A stretch of DNA of 43,774 bases, from IMG/VR virus record IMGVR_UViG_3300033067_000634, positions 1-43,774 of that record; one strand, written 5' to 3'. This DNA comes from a virus. Lineage: Duplodnaviria > Caudoviricetes. Of this stretch, positions 25,809 to 36,103 are shown in pieces; the first letter of the stretch is position 1; each line of letters begins with the position of its first letter. A model generated the notes under the pieces. The model was given only the letters and a program-made list of their open reading frames with translations, made no database searches and was not told the origin of the DNA. The position numbers were made by a program, and so were the translations under genes.

Positions 25809-26714
25809 TTAAGATGTTTGTAAAAATTGCTTTTCGTACTTGGCTATGTATTCATTTCTTTCCGCAATTGGAATTGATGAATCCGCAACCGTTTTAAAAT
25901 ACTCCGCAGAGTTTTTTGGAGCTTCTAAAGCAGCAGTTTTTTTACCTGTTTTCTTATCTTCTGAACCGTTTGATGGAGTTGATTTTGGGTCTACCTTATG
26001 TAAGTCATAGTATCTTTCAGTCGTTTCCCTTACCACTTTTTCAAATGGTACGCGGTGTCCGTGACTATCTTCTAAAACTTTCCCGTCCTTCAATACGATT
26101 ATCTGATCTCCTTGCATATCGTAATCATAAGTTTTTAGCTTCTCTACGAAATCCGACATTTGATTTCTTTCTCTAACAGGGTCTGTTGAAAGAATCGGCT
26201 TTAAACTTGTGAATATATCCAACGCTTTGGATGAAACAGCGGAAAAAACTTTCTCCTTTTGAATCTCCGTTTGGAACTTAATTAGCTTCTCCGATTCTGC
26301 CTTGATAGCATCTTCTTTTTCTTTGCTCAAACGGTCAACAGTAGAAATGTAAAGAGGGTGTTTTTTTATAGCATCCTCGTTTAGTTCTGTTCCGTTAGCC
26401 TTTGCCTGAGCCGAAATGATCTCGCTTATAAGCTCTATTCCTTTTTTATCAGACTTAATTTTGAACGCTTCTTGAATGTTTTGCTCGTACTTTGTTAAAG
26501 TTTCGGATGTAGCTTTTTTATAGCCATCGTCAAAGAACTTTTTAGTGTCCGGTTTTAACTTTGTTACTCGCTCTGCATCGACCTTTTTAAGGGTTTCAAG
26601 TGCATCGTCTTTAAGTGATCCATCTTCATTATAAAGTGAAGCAACTCCAGTTTCATCCATTTGGTAAGCTGCGGATAACAGCCCAGTTAATACTTCTTTC
26701 TCGTTAAGAGCCAT
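25809..26714 (-). CDS. Capsid scaffolding protein
   Basis: Charged and helical with a low-complexity linker, directly upstream of the MCP. Confidence 0.7.
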   Translation of the reverse strand: MALNEKEVLTGLLSAAYQMDETGVASLYNEDGSLKDDALETLKKVDAERVTKLKPDTKKFFDDGYKKATSETLTKYEQNIQEAFKIKSDKKGIELISEIISAQAKANGTELNEDAIKKHPLYISTVDRLSKEKEDAIKAESEKLIKFQTEIQKEKVFSAVSSKALDIFTSLKPILSTDPVRERNQMSDFVEKLKTYDYDMQGDQIIVLKDGKVLEDSHGHRVPFEKVVRETTERYYDLHKVDPKSTPSNGSEDKKTGKKTAALEAPKNSAEYFKTVADSSIPIAERNEYIAKYEKQFLQTS

Positions 26715-26715
26715 G

Positions 26716-26913
26716 TTATTTTTTTGTTTTTGCTTTTACTGTAATTTCGGGTTGTGCCTCGGCTTTCTTTTGTCTGATAGATTTAACCTCAATCGGTAAA
26801 TCATCCTGTACAATTTCAAACTTGTAAGCGTTTCCCTTAGATTCAACACTATTCCAAAACTCCTCACGAGAAGTTTCGTAAATCTCACCTGATTTTAAGT
26901 GTTTAACCTTCAT
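26716..26913 (-). CDS. Small basic-tailed protein
   Basis: Resembles 26913..27128. Confidence 0.6.
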   Translation of the reverse strand: MKVKHLKSGEIYETSREEFWNSVESKGNAYKFEIVQDDLPIEVKSIRQKKAEAQPEITVKAKTKK

Positions 26914-27128
26914 TAAACTTTAGCTTTTTTAGCTTTTACCTTAACAGGTTCAGCTACCGGAGCTTCCGCAAGTTTCCTGCGAACCTCAATAGCTTCAGGC
27001 GGTGTGTCCTGTACTAAAATCCATCCGTCTTTGTTGTCGTTTTCTCCGATTGCTTTCCAAACTGTTTTCGGTAGCCAATCTTCTATGCCATTTTTAATGA
27101 CTTTTACGTGTGTGCTTGATCTATCCAT
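26913..27128 (-). CDS. Small basic-tailed protein, probably leaderless
   Basis: ATG lies 4 nt after the -7 box. Confidence 0.6.
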   Translation of the reverse strand: MDRSSTHVKVIKNGIEDWLPKTVWKAIGENDNKDGWILVQDTPPEAIEVRRKLAEAPVAEPVKVKAKKAKV

Positions 27129-27132
27129 GACA

Positions 27133-27199
27133 CAAAATTAATATGTTAATTACTTGTTTGTATATGTATATATACATTCTATTTATTTTATTATATTTG
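27133..27199. promoter_or_regulatory. Divergent promoters around the palindrome TGTATATATACA
   Basis: TAATTTTG (-) at 27133-27140, palindrome at 27165-27176, TATATTTG (+) at 27192-27199. Confidence 0.7.
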
Positions 27200-27217
27200 T
27201 CAAAACCTACGAAACAC

Positions 27218-27400
27218 ATGGCTGTGAATAATGAAAAATTAACCTTCATCGCAAAACTAGACGGTTGCGCTGCTGAATTAGTAAACAATTTGATCAAAGA
27301 GAAAAAGGAAAAATTAGAGTTAACAATGTTTGGTAAATCCCGCGCGGTGCAAATACTTCTCTGCGAACTTTATCATCTGAAAAAGAAAATAGCGAAATAG
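27218..27400 (+). CDS. 60-aa putative regulator (RHH-like)
   Basis: Start re-assigned to the ATG after the + promoter; strand LTFIAKLD followed by two helices (GKSRAVQILL). Confidence 0.5.
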   Translation: MAVNNEKLTFIAKLDGCAAELVNNLIKEKKEKLELTMFGKSRAVQILLCELYHLKKKIAK

Positions 27401-27463
27401 CTCAGTTGGTAGAGCGTTTGTTTCATACGCAAATGGTCACAGGTTCGATTCCTGTTTTCGCTA
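27391..27463 (+). tRNA. tRNA with CAT anticodon (elongator Met or Ile2)
   Basis: Acceptor AGCGAAA/TTTCGCT, D arm GCTC-AGTTGGTA-GAGC, anticodon arm TTTGT-TTCATAC-GCAAA, T arm ACAGG-TTCGATT-CCTGT; no encoded CCA. Confidence 0.9.
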
Positions 27464-28369
27464 CTACTCTAACACACCCGCCAACTCAGGTCGCCTGCGA
27501 ATCGCCTCACGGTTACTAATAAAATTAGGACTGTGCCGGCAATTGTGACCGCCCATATCTTCCATTGGATTGTATTCTCCTTCGGCTTCGCTCCACATAA
27601 CCCCGTCATCTTCTCCTATTGTGTCCGTCCATTCTTGCGCCTCATCGGTTGTATAAACCTTGCCGTTGTTATGTTCACAGAATAGGCGAGATGTTTTAAT
27701 TAACCCACCAGCGTATATAAACGCGCGTAAGCCTAGCTTTTGAGCGAATAGGTTTTGATTGGCTCGGTCGTATTGTGAATAGGTGTCGCGCGCGAAGGTG
27801 TTAAAGTGCTTCTTTAAACCTCCGTCAATCTTATCGGTTCCAACTATTGTAGTATTGATTCGTTTAAGATAATCGCGTAATGGCGTACCGCTTGTAACAG
27901 CTTTATAGGTGTCTTTCTTGATCTTACTTAATAGGGTATTGTCCTTTAGTAATTTGTCAAGATAGCCCTCTTTTATAATGCCACCGTCAGGCTTAATACC
28001 TAGCCGCTTGCTCATTATTGACCGGACATCTTTAGTTACTTTGGCTATCTTTTTATTGTCAGATTCTACTATACTGAAATACCTGTCATTGAGGTTTTGA
28101 AGTTCACCTAAATCCCCTGCAAATTGCCTGATAACTTTAACGTATTCTTCTTGCTGAAACTCAGTCCATACCTTATCAATACGGCTTACCAGTTCTACGT
28201 TCTTTACTGATGGGTTTATCTTACCTTCTGTCTTTTCAAACTCATCTACAATGCGGCTAATAACTACGTCTAACAGCTTACGTTCTGCTGCTGATACTCG
28301 TTTGCTTAGTAGTTCTGATCGCGTTCTTATGAAGTCCTCACGCAGTTGGGCTATTTGTAAAGCTGTCAT
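27464..28369 (-). CDS. Minor head/head morphogenesis protein (gp7/Mu F-like)
   Basis: After the portal; TSRLFC and GGHNCRH motifs. Confidence 0.75.
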   Translation of the reverse strand: MTALQIAQLREDFIRTRSELLSKRVSAAERKLLDVVISRIVDEFEKTEGKINPSVKNVELVSRIDKVWTEFQQEEYVKVIRQFAGDLGELQNLNDRYFSIVESDNKKIAKVTKDVRSIMSKRLGIKPDGGIIKEGYLDKLLKDNTLLSKIKKDTYKAVTSGTPLRDYLKRINTTIVGTDKIDGGLKKHFNTFARDTYSQYDRANQNLFAQKLGLRAFIYAGGLIKTSRLFCEHNNGKVYTTDEAQEWTDTIGEDDGVMWSEAEGEYNPMEDMGGHNCRHSPNFISNREAIRRRPELAGVLE

Positions 28370-30473
28370 TTGCCGGAGGTGTTTTTATTGGCTTTGGTTT
28401 GCCGAGTAATTTAGTTGAAACTGCATTATCAAATCCATAAATTTCATATAGCAATGTTTTTGCACTTTCTATTGATGTTGTTCCCCTTGCTACGCTGTCT
28501 TGTATTGCCAATATACCCTGTACGCCACCTACTGTTCCTTTTAGCTTCGCTTTGGCTTCGGCTTCAATATCTGTAACAGTAGCATCAGCCCCCCCCTCAA
28601 TAACAACTTCATCATTCACACTTGTATTGAATCCTTCCGCAACCGGTTGCTCACCTGATATACCGGTTATCATTGCATTAACAGCTTCATCCAAAAGTTT
28701 CTTTTGCAATTCAGGCGCGTAATCGTAGAAGTACTGTTTCTTTGATTCTGCTTCACGCTCTAACTGTAAAAATATATAGTCAAAGTTAGCATACAAAACC
28801 TTATTATACTTAGTAGTTAAGTCGTTTGCTATAATGAAACTAATCTCACTAAAGTTCTTATCGGGGAATGGGTAGAATTGTTGTTTAGCAATTATACGCT
28901 TTAACTCCTCCGGCTTATCTAAGTATTGTTGAACAGCTATATCAGTAGAAAGTTCTTGACGTACATAACCCGGAGCGTTTGAATCATTAGCAAGTTTCAA
29001 CTCATTAAGTAACTCGTCAACTGTTTTAAACTTAAAGTCTTTCGGGAATTTATAAACCACAACTACATCGTTAACATCTACAAACGCGCTCGATACCGTT
29101 ACGATCTGTTTATAAACATCGCTGTAATGGTTTGCGTATGGGAATAATGTATCGTAAACAGCCTCGTATGAGTAATCCATTTCGGTTGCTGTCTTACTCG
29201 CTGTTGCCTTAGTGAATATCTCTGAGTTAAATACAGCTTGTTTAGCCTCGTTCTTTAACTCATAAATAAAGTCATCTTGAAACTTCAACAAGTCAATAGG
29301 CGGGTATTCGTAATGAACCATCGACTCAAGGTTTAACATCTCATCTTTGTCATTAGGAATACGCATTACGACAGCATCCTGTGCGCTTGTGTGTATAGAT
29401 ATACCAGTTCCTTTACAAGATTGACATGTACCGCCTTCAGTCGTTTGTCCTTTGTTACATCCTAAATCTTTAACACCGTTACATTTATTAACGTATTGGA
29501 ATTTCTGAGGGAACGCGTGTAGTGCCATTGTCAAATCAAACTCCGATACGGTTTTGATTGACTTCATAAAGTAACACATTGCATCGTGCATAGGGCTTAC
29601 CATTGTTTTACCGTTGGTAACTTTATCGAGTTTATACCCAACTCTTACAGCCGGAACTTGACCTGCATTGTATTCAAATTCTTCTACCTCAAAAAATGTT
29701 TTATCATCGGTACGGAAATACTTTTTTATTCCGTATTCTGTGTCAATTTCAACTAACTCACCTTTGCGTATTCTAGTATTCTCTAATGATAATTGCGTGA
29801 ATTTAATCGCTACATCAGGAAAGTAAATAGTATATGAATATCCGGCATGACCCATGTCTTTATTGTCATAATAGGTAATATCGTTACGAACTACGAGCCA
29901 TTGAAGGATATTGTTTTTATAATGGTAGTTAATCGCTTCCTTACTTGAAACCTCATAAGGTCTAGGGCTTGGGAGTTCCAACATTTCACCAAGCGCGCCG
30001 CGTGGCACGTTATCAAATTCAGTTACTATAAAAGCGTTAGGGTCTGAGAAATTCAAATCTACTAATCGCGTATCTAAATACTCGTTAAGTGAATTAGTAC
30101 CGTTATACCCTTCAATAACATCATGCACGCGCTTTAACTTCTCCTCGCTCGGCTCGTTATCTTTAAAGTAAATTTTGTTGTTTATGTTGTTTGTCCTTCC
30201 TACTCTGTAAAAAGGGTTCATTATCATTGCTGAAACGGCCGGAGTAATTAGATTAGTTAATTCAACTCGTTGGTTAAACTGAACATCATCTTCTCTACGT
30301 GCAAACTTCTTTAAAAGCGACCGTATATCCTCTCCGGTTATTAACTGCGTATAAAGTTTGGCAAGTTCAGTAACTCGTGCATAATTACTATGCGTTAAAT
30401 TGCCTATAATAGTGTCGATAATTATAGGGTACGCCTGCTCTAATTGCTGTTCAGGCGTTAGTTGCTGTGCCAT
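28338..30473 (-). CDS. Portal protein
   Basis: 711 aa directly after TerL; contains a C..C..C..CxxC (CQSCKGTG) zinc-finger-like insert. Confidence 0.75.
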   Translation of the reverse strand: MAQQLTPEQQLEQAYPIIIDTIIGNLTHSNYARVTELAKLYTQLITGEDIRSLLKKFARREDDVQFNQRVELTNLITPAVSAMIMNPFYRVGRTNNINNKIYFKDNEPSEEKLKRVHDVIEGYNGTNSLNEYLDTRLVDLNFSDPNAFIVTEFDNVPRGALGEMLELPSPRPYEVSSKEAINYHYKNNILQWLVVRNDITYYDNKDMGHAGYSYTIYFPDVAIKFTQLSLENTRIRKGELVEIDTEYGIKKYFRTDDKTFFEVEEFEYNAGQVPAVRVGYKLDKVTNGKTMVSPMHDAMCYFMKSIKTVSEFDLTMALHAFPQKFQYVNKCNGVKDLGCNKGQTTEGGTCQSCKGTGISIHTSAQDAVVMRIPNDKDEMLNLESMVHYEYPPIDLLKFQDDFIYELKNEAKQAVFNSEIFTKATASKTATEMDYSYEAVYDTLFPYANHYSDVYKQIVTVSSAFVDVNDVVVVYKFPKDFKFKTVDELLNELKLANDSNAPGYVRQELSTDIAVQQYLDKPEELKRIIAKQQFYPFPDKNFSEISFIIANDLTTKYNKVLYANFDYIFLQLEREAESKKQYFYDYAPELQKKLLDEAVNAMITGISGEQPVAEGFNTSVNDEVVIEGGADATVTDIEAEAKAKLKGTVGGVQGILAIQDSVARGTTSIESAKTLLYEIYGFDNAVSTKLLGKPKPIKTPPANDSFTNSPTA

Positions 30474-30489
30474 TTCTTTTAGGTTTACA

Positions 30490-30533
30490 CAAAATTACTT
30501 TATAAATGTTAATAAACAGATTGTATATATACA
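30490..30533 (-). promoter_or_regulatory. Promoter with the TGTATATATACA palindrome
   Basis: TAATTTTG at 30490-30497; palindrome at 30522-30533. Confidence 0.7.
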
Positions 30534-30535
30534 GT

Positions 30536-31999
30536 TTATTCCGGCTTAAAATAATCCTTAAAAGCTGACAAAACAAAGTACCTCAAACTATCTGAGGTGT
30601 GACCCCATTTCTCGTAGGTTGCTCCAGTTACAGCATCCTTTGCTTTCTCGATCAACTTGCCCCCATCCGGAGCTTCCTTCATAAACTCTAAATCGGCTAT
30701 TAAGTGCTTACATTTACTATCAATAGTTATTTCAATCGGTAAACCATTGGCGAATATCTTATTAACGAAGTCGCGCGAACCTACAACAGACGGGTTTTTT
30801 TTCATTACCCGTTTACTATTATCATTCAGGTACTTTCTTAGCACCCTTTCAAGTATGTCGAAATTGTGTTCTTTGCTTACCGTTGACTGGTTAGAACCCG
30901 AAGCATCCCCATAATAGAATAGCGGCACTTTACGTGTGTATAGATACTTTTGCTCAAACTCTTTACATAAAGCCTCTGTGTTATTCTTTGGACTTGGCAG
31001 ACAAAACTCATCAAAGCAGTTAGCTTTAAACTTCTCACCGTCACGTATAATCTGCCAGCAGGTCATGGTTATATAAGGTGACACGTTAAAATCCAGCGAT
31101 ATGTGTATCGGTTGACCTTCAACAAATGGCACGTCCTTAACATGATCCATACGACTAAACTGGCTAAAAAACTCACCGCCCGACTTAGCAATAGGAGAGC
31201 CGTAGATAAGCATATCAATCAAATGCGGACTTCCCTTTAAGTCATTAACACGCTGTTCAATAAAGTTAGCCGGTAGGTTCTGCTCGTTATGGTAAGTCGA
31301 ATAAATAACCACCTTCTTATTGGCTGTATCGAGTGAATAGTAATCTTCTTTGCTAAATATACGTTTACTTATTTCATCATACTTATCGTCAAGTTCAAAC
31401 CACTCGTTAATCCACCTAACTTTTGCCGGTGAAGTAAGAACATACAGCGGATTCCATGATTCGCCCCCTTCAATCTCATGCCCATACACTTCACCGTCTT
31501 TTACCCATAAAGTGCGCTGTCTTAAACGACCGGTGATAACCTCTTTAACCGCTTCCTCTTTAGTGTCTTTGGTTTCATCGAGAATAGCCCAAGTAAACTG
31601 AGTACCGTCAATCGACTTATAGTTATCCAATGAAGCAGTAAAAATAACTGCACCATTATCAAAGCAAATAGTCTTATCATAACTTTCAAGTTTTTGCCCG
31701 TACTTAATCCATGACGGGTCGGGCATAATATTAACCACGTAATGCTTGTCGCGTTTCCATCCAAACATATCACCCCATACCTCAAAGATACGGTCTAGTG
31801 TAGATTTACTTAGCTGATTGTATGTGTTAGCCCCAATAAACCCCCGAGCCTGTGGAAAGTTAATTACAAGCTCAGCAGAAATAAGTCCGCCAGTATGTGA
31901 CTTACCTCCGGCTTGCCCAGCGAGAGCCAAAATACGTTGCTTAGTCGAGCGTAGTATTTCCTCCTGCGGTTTAGATAAAATGATGTGTTTCTCATTCAT
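30536..31999 (-). CDS. terL: Terminase large subunit
   Basis: Walker A GQAGGKS, Walker B WAILDE, nuclease-domain SLDFN, GDASG and HTSDSLRY. Confidence 0.92.
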   Translation of the reverse strand: MNEKHIILSKPQEEILRSTKQRILALAGQAGGKSHTGGLISAELVINFPQARGFIGANTYNQLSKSTLDRIFEVWGDMFGWKRDKHYVVNIMPDPSWIKYGQKLESYDKTICFDNGAVIFTASLDNYKSIDGTQFTWAILDETKDTKEEAVKEVITGRLRQRTLWVKDGEVYGHEIEGGESWNPLYVLTSPAKVRWINEWFELDDKYDEISKRIFSKEDYYSLDTANKKVVIYSTYHNEQNLPANFIEQRVNDLKGSPHLIDMLIYGSPIAKSGGEFFSQFSRMDHVKDVPFVEGQPIHISLDFNVSPYITMTCWQIIRDGEKFKANCFDEFCLPSPKNNTEALCKEFEQKYLYTRKVPLFYYGDASGSNQSTVSKEHNFDILERVLRKYLNDNSKRVMKKNPSVVGSRDFVNKIFANGLPIEITIDSKCKHLIADLEFMKEAPDGGKLIEKAKDAVTGATYEKWGHTSDSLRYFVLSAFKDYFKPE

Positions 32000-32094
32000 T
32001 TAATTCAAGTAAATCCAAAACGAAAGACCGTTTACTTTTGAACTATTACAGCTAATAAAACACACTGGGAAATCTGAACATTCGTATATTAAAG

Positions 32095-32847
32095 TCATAT
32101 CACATCAAAATTATAGTAAGGATGAAGTTTCATAAAGTCTGGCAACTCGGTCTTATCAAATGGTTTCGGAATCCATACGCCTGCACACGCTGGGTGAGTT
32201 GCGTCTCCGGTTGGAGGAAATGGTTTATACTTTGATTCAAACCAATCCTGTTTACTTTGTAGCCATTCTGAACTATGTCCGTGACAGCTGATTTTATACT
32301 GAACGTCTGCCAAAGTACGTGCATAACCAAAGTGAAACACTTGGTTTTCGGGTTGTGGTGCATAAATCAAATCACCTTTATCAGCTCCTAAATAATAAAT
32401 GCGTTCTTGTCTCATTTGGTCATCACAAATCCAGTTGAATGACCTCCATAAGTGGCGCATCCAAATCAAACACTTGCTTGCCTTTCGCTCGTATGTTAGT
32501 TTAAGTAGTTCAGGTAAATATCCCGGCCTCCATATCTCATCAAAGTCAGCGTTGAACAGCAAGTCAAAACCTCGCGAGCGAGCGTAATCGTGTGCAAAGT
32601 TACGCTGCTGGTTTTCTTGTTGCCAGTCGCCTTTATGCCAAATTATTTTATTGTCATGGTCGATATTGGCACAAATATCAATTAACTCCTGTTCAGAATC
32701 AGGACACGTCATGTTTGACGGATGTCCGTGACTTGGTTTAGGTGAATAGCAAATTAATATTTGATCTACGTCATCGTAGTAGGACATTATCGAGTATGCT
32801 AAGTAATCTTTACCATATAATAATGGAAGGTATGCGAGTGTTTTCAT
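32095..32847 (-). CDS. GT-A fold glycosyltransferase-like protein
   Basis: QRN..DLLFNADFDE (DxD) and HFGY motifs. Confidence 0.7.
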   Translation of the reverse strand: MKTLAYLPLLYGKDYLAYSIMSYYDDVDQILICYSPKPSHGHPSNMTCPDSEQELIDICANIDHDNKIIWHKGDWQQENQQRNFAHDYARSRGFDLLFNADFDEIWRPGYLPELLKLTYERKASKCLIWMRHLWRSFNWICDDQMRQERIYYLGADKGDLIYAPQPENQVFHFGYARTLADVQYKISCHGHSSEWLQSKQDWFESKYKPFPPTGDATHPACAGVWIPKPFDKTELPDFMKLHPYYNFDVI

Positions 32848-33707
32848 ATTATTTTTATAAATTGTTCAGCCCAGTTAGTCGTACTGTACTTATTTTTTAC
32901 TAAATTGTAGCCCGCTTTTGCAATCCTGTTTCGCACATCGGGGTTTAATTTAAGGTACGTAATAATATCCAATAGTTCGTATTTGTGTTTATAGTAAACA
33001 CAGTTAACCCAGTTAGTAAAGTGGTTTTCAATACCGGGAAACTCTTTCATAACACAGCAAGAAGCAGACATCCCCTGAAGGTTTCTAGGTGTAAAATAAC
33101 CTAAAATGTCTTGCCAGTTATTTTCAGCTATTACTATATAAGAGCTTTGATACAGGTCAGGAACTTGCTCAACTGGTATTTGCTCTCCGTTTCCTGAGCC
33201 GTGAATCTCGTATGAGTTAATATGGTTCTTAATGAACTCTGATAATTCGATTCTACTCTCTCCACCCGGTACGCAGTTGTAAACATTACCTACAAATGAC
33301 ACCTTACCATCATTCATTTCAATTGGTTCGCGCAATCTATAATCTGGGAAATACTCCCAAATATATCTACAAGGTTTGCCGAGTAATACGGAATAAGCAT
33401 CTAATAACTCACCGGCAAATGGCACTAAGAACACATCTGTAAACTCCTTTGCTTCTTGTAGGTGCTGAAGTGGAGCATAGCGAACATCTCCAGTCCAAGT
33501 TACCCATTTTGAATTTGTTGTTTCCTTAAGAGCCTTACAGTCTCTTGCGCTTAACCCTCCTTGATAAAATACAACTTCTGGTTGATAGTGGTGGGCCTGC
33601 CAAATATGCTCAAACAAAACCGCTTCATGATTAACATTAAACGCATTAACCAAATCAACATGCTCGTTGGGCTTATCCCAGCCTAGCGGTATTAAAAGGA
33701 CTCTCAT
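32844..33707 (-). CDS. GT-B glycosyltransferase (CgeB/Glyco_trans_1_2-like)
   Basis: WTGDVR, VSFVGN and RNRIAKAGYNLV motifs; paralogue of 35207..36103. Confidence 0.75.
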   Translation of the reverse strand: MRVLLIPLGWDKPNEHVDLVNAFNVNHEAVLFEHIWQAHHYQPEVVFYQGGLSARDCKALKETTNSKWVTWTGDVRYAPLQHLQEAKEFTDVFLVPFAGELLDAYSVLLGKPCRYIWEYFPDYRLREPIEMNDGKVSFVGNVYNCVPGGESRIELSEFIKNHINSYEIHGSGNGEQIPVEQVPDLYQSSYIVIAENNWQDILGYFTPRNLQGMSASCCVMKEFPGIENHFTNWVNCVYYKHKYELLDIITYLKLNPDVRNRIAKAGYNLVKNKYSTTNWAEQFIKII

Positions 33708-34432
33708 AACTCCTCTATTGATTTAGTTAGTATCTCTGTTACTTGTCCTTTTGGTAGCCATTTCTCCATTGCGTGGCATCCAATTGGGTTTGGATAATAC
33801 ATTGTTTCAACAGAAAACTTCAGAGCAATTGGCTTGTCTGCTTTATTACCGCTCATGTTTAAACTATAATAAACGTCTTCGTTACCGTGCGCAACTTGAT
33901 TGTAATGAAACCGCTGTATTGTTTCTAAGGTCTTCGCCTTATTTCTAATACTTAACCCTCCATTCCCGCCCAATCTTGGCATGGCTCTATTAGTCCAAGG
34001 CGCACCTATATAATCGTAATTCTCAAACATATCCAAACCTTTACGCAAAAGTAAGCTATCAGATTGAAATACTAAAACAGTTTCGTATGGTATTAAATTC
34101 CAAAAGTGATTAGATGTTAACAGTTGGTTGTACCGGTTCGCGTCAAGTTTATCAGAACCAACTACCATCCAATTAACTCCAATGACATCCTTTAGTTCGT
34201 TTTCTACAAAAGACTCGTTCTCGTATGAGTGGCAAACAGTTAAGCCCCATCCTTTGGGTAAAAAGTGCAGGTGATTTTTAACTATAAGACCGAAGTTTTC
34301 AATCTTTCTAGTCTCAACAATGACCGCGCCTTTCTTCGCGTTGGTCAGGACGGAATAAGGGCGGTCGATTGTCGGCTTGATCGCTTGTATGTATTCAGAT
34401 GTGGTCATAGTTTGATTACGCCAATTCCGCAC
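33704..34432 (-). CDS. DUF5672-like glycosyltransferase-associated protein
   Basis: LVFQSDS, YDYIGAPW, GNGGLSIR and NEDVYY motifs; true start probably MTTSEY. Confidence 0.8.
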   Translation of the reverse strand: MRNWRNQTMTTSEYIQAIKPTIDRPYSVLTNAKKGAVIVETRKIENFGLIVKNHLHFLPKGWGLTVCHSYENESFVENELKDVIGVNWMVVGSDKLDANRYNQLLTSNHFWNLIPYETVLVFQSDSLLLRKGLDMFENYDYIGAPWTNRAMPRLGGNGGLSIRNKAKTLETIQRFHYNQVAHGNEDVYYSLNMSGNKADKPIALKFSVETMYYPNPIGCHAMEKWLPKGQVTEILTKSIEEL

Positions 34433-35040
34433 GTTTTACTTGCGATAAACTCCCAGTTTGTTTTACCTTGCTTTACCTCTTGCCATAACTTCATAATCCC
34501 CGGACACGCTGCGCTGTTAATGTCGTGGAATATTATTAATCCTCCTTTGTTGATATGCTTCAATGCGTTTTCGTAGTCGCGTTTAGCTCCTTCGTATGAG
34601 TGGTCGGCATCAATAAATATACAGTCGAAATTATCTTGGCACATCTTAAAATAATCGTCTGTTTTGTTGTTTGAGAATCTTAACTCTGCACTTATATCAA
34701 TTGAATTTATGTAATCGACAATCTCCTTTTCATTCTGCCCGATACCTAAATTACGATACGCTAAGTTATCAACAGCTACCGCCGTTTCTAAAGACTCCTG
34801 CATAAAATAGCAAGCCGTAACAAACGAACCACCATTACCTATCCCCAACTCTAGGTATGTTTTAACATTGCTTTCTTTTAACAGCAAAAGAAGACTTGAG
34901 TATTCCTCTGGAACTTGCTGCAACTTCAAGCCTCCTGTTTTCTTAGCATGGAAGTAATCAGGGTTTGAGCTACCTGCCTCATGCCTTAGCCAGTCGGTCA
35001 ACTGTACTATGCTGTAATTATAAACTTCTTTTGGTATCAT
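34405..35040 (-). CDS. Class I SAM-dependent methyltransferase (Methyltransf_24-like)
   Basis: YLELGIGNGGS, FDCIFIDADHSY and GGLIIFHD motifs. Confidence 0.85.
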   Translation of the reverse strand: MIPKEVYNYSIVQLTDWLRHEAGSSNPDYFHAKKTGGLKLQQVPEEYSSLLLLLKESNVKTYLELGIGNGGSFVTACYFMQESLETAVAVDNLAYRNLGIGQNEKEIVDYINSIDISAELRFSNNKTDDYFKMCQDNFDCIFIDADHSYEGAKRDYENALKHINKGGLIIFHDINSAACPGIMKLWQEVKQGKTNWEFIASKTCGIGVIKL

Positions 35041-35210
35041 AACACTTGTTTTATTATTTCTCTTTTATGCTTGCCGTATTTTCTTTTAATGATCATTTTC
35101 CCATCAACAAACTTTATGTCTTTTTTGTCAATGTAATAGATTGTCTTTATGCCACCATTCCCATCGTTGGCACATTTAGGCATTTCGTAATCAGGACATT
35201 TTGATATCAT
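35037..35210 (-). CDS. Hypothetical 57-aa protein
   Basis: Hand-translated; ATGA-coupled on both sides. Confidence 0.45.
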   Translation of the reverse strand: MISKCPDYEMPKCANDGNGGIKTIYYIDKKDIKFVDGKMIIKRKYGKHKREIIKQVL

Positions 35211-36103
35211 ATCATTTCCATTAACTGTTTAACTCTATTTCTCCACAAATGGTTTGTGTGTACATGCTCAGCCCCTTGCCTTCCTATGTGTTTACGCTCA
35301 ATGTCGTACTGTAACCAATAATCAACCTTACTTAGTAATTCCGGTATATCATTCCATACGTCCAAATGCTTCCCTACTTCAAATTCGAGCGCAATATCTT
35401 TATAATTATGCGATAAACAAAATACTCCAGTACCCATTAATCTAAACAACCGGTCTGAACTGTAACGCGAATAGTTGAAGTGTGATAGGTTAATTGCAAT
35501 CTTAGCCCCCCTGTAAATCTTTGCCTCTTCCTCTTGGTTGTTTTCAGCGTGAAATCCTTTCCAGTTACCCCCAAACACCTTGAATCTTTTGCCGTATTTT
35601 CTTTGTAGCGAATCTACCATTTGATAGCGCAAACCAGACAACGGGAATCCCCCGTGATTGTTGCCCATAAACACTATTTCAGCTTCTTCTCTTACTTCAC
35701 CTTCTGGCTTAAATATCTTTTCAGGGAATCCTATCTGTAAGTAATCGGCTCTGATACCTCGCGCCGTAGCTGTTTCAACATCATTCATATTTGTGAACAA
35801 CGTCATGTGAATAACTTTGCCTATGTCGATGAACCACTGAGGTAATGGATGGCGAACGTCTCCAGTCCAGTTCACTACCTTGCATTTACTGGCTATGTAA
35901 CGAGCCGTATCAACCCCAATTATTCCGGGTGTTTGTATCTGTAAGAACACTAAATCCGGCTTGTGGTTTTCGACTAACACCCTTAAATCAGAATTGAATG
36001 TACGGTTGCGCCCAGACCAATCCCAATAAACAACGTCCGAAACCTCCGCGAAAGCATCGCGTATGTCAAACTGCTGACCGAGTGCTACCTGAAGTACTTT
36101 CAT
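35207..36103 (-). CDS. GT-B glycosyltransferase (CgeB/Glyco_trans_1_2-like)
   Basis: WTGDVR, IVFMGN, YRGAKIAIN, SDRLF and HLWRNRV motifs. Confidence 0.85.
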   Translation of the reverse strand: MKVLQVALGQQFDIRDAFAEVSDVVYWDWSGRNRTFNSDLRVLVENHKPDLVFLQIQTPGIIGVDTARYIASKCKVVNWTGDVRHPLPQWFIDIGKVIHMTLFTNMNDVETATARGIRADYLQIGFPEKIFKPEGEVREEAEIVFMGNNHGGFPLSGLRYQMVDSLQRKYGKRFKVFGGNWKGFHAENNQEEEAKIYRGAKIAINLSHFNYSRYSSDRLFRLMGTGVFCLSHNYKDIALEFEVGKHLDVWNDIPELLSKVDYWLQYDIERKHIGRQGAEHVHTNHLWRNRVKQLMEMI

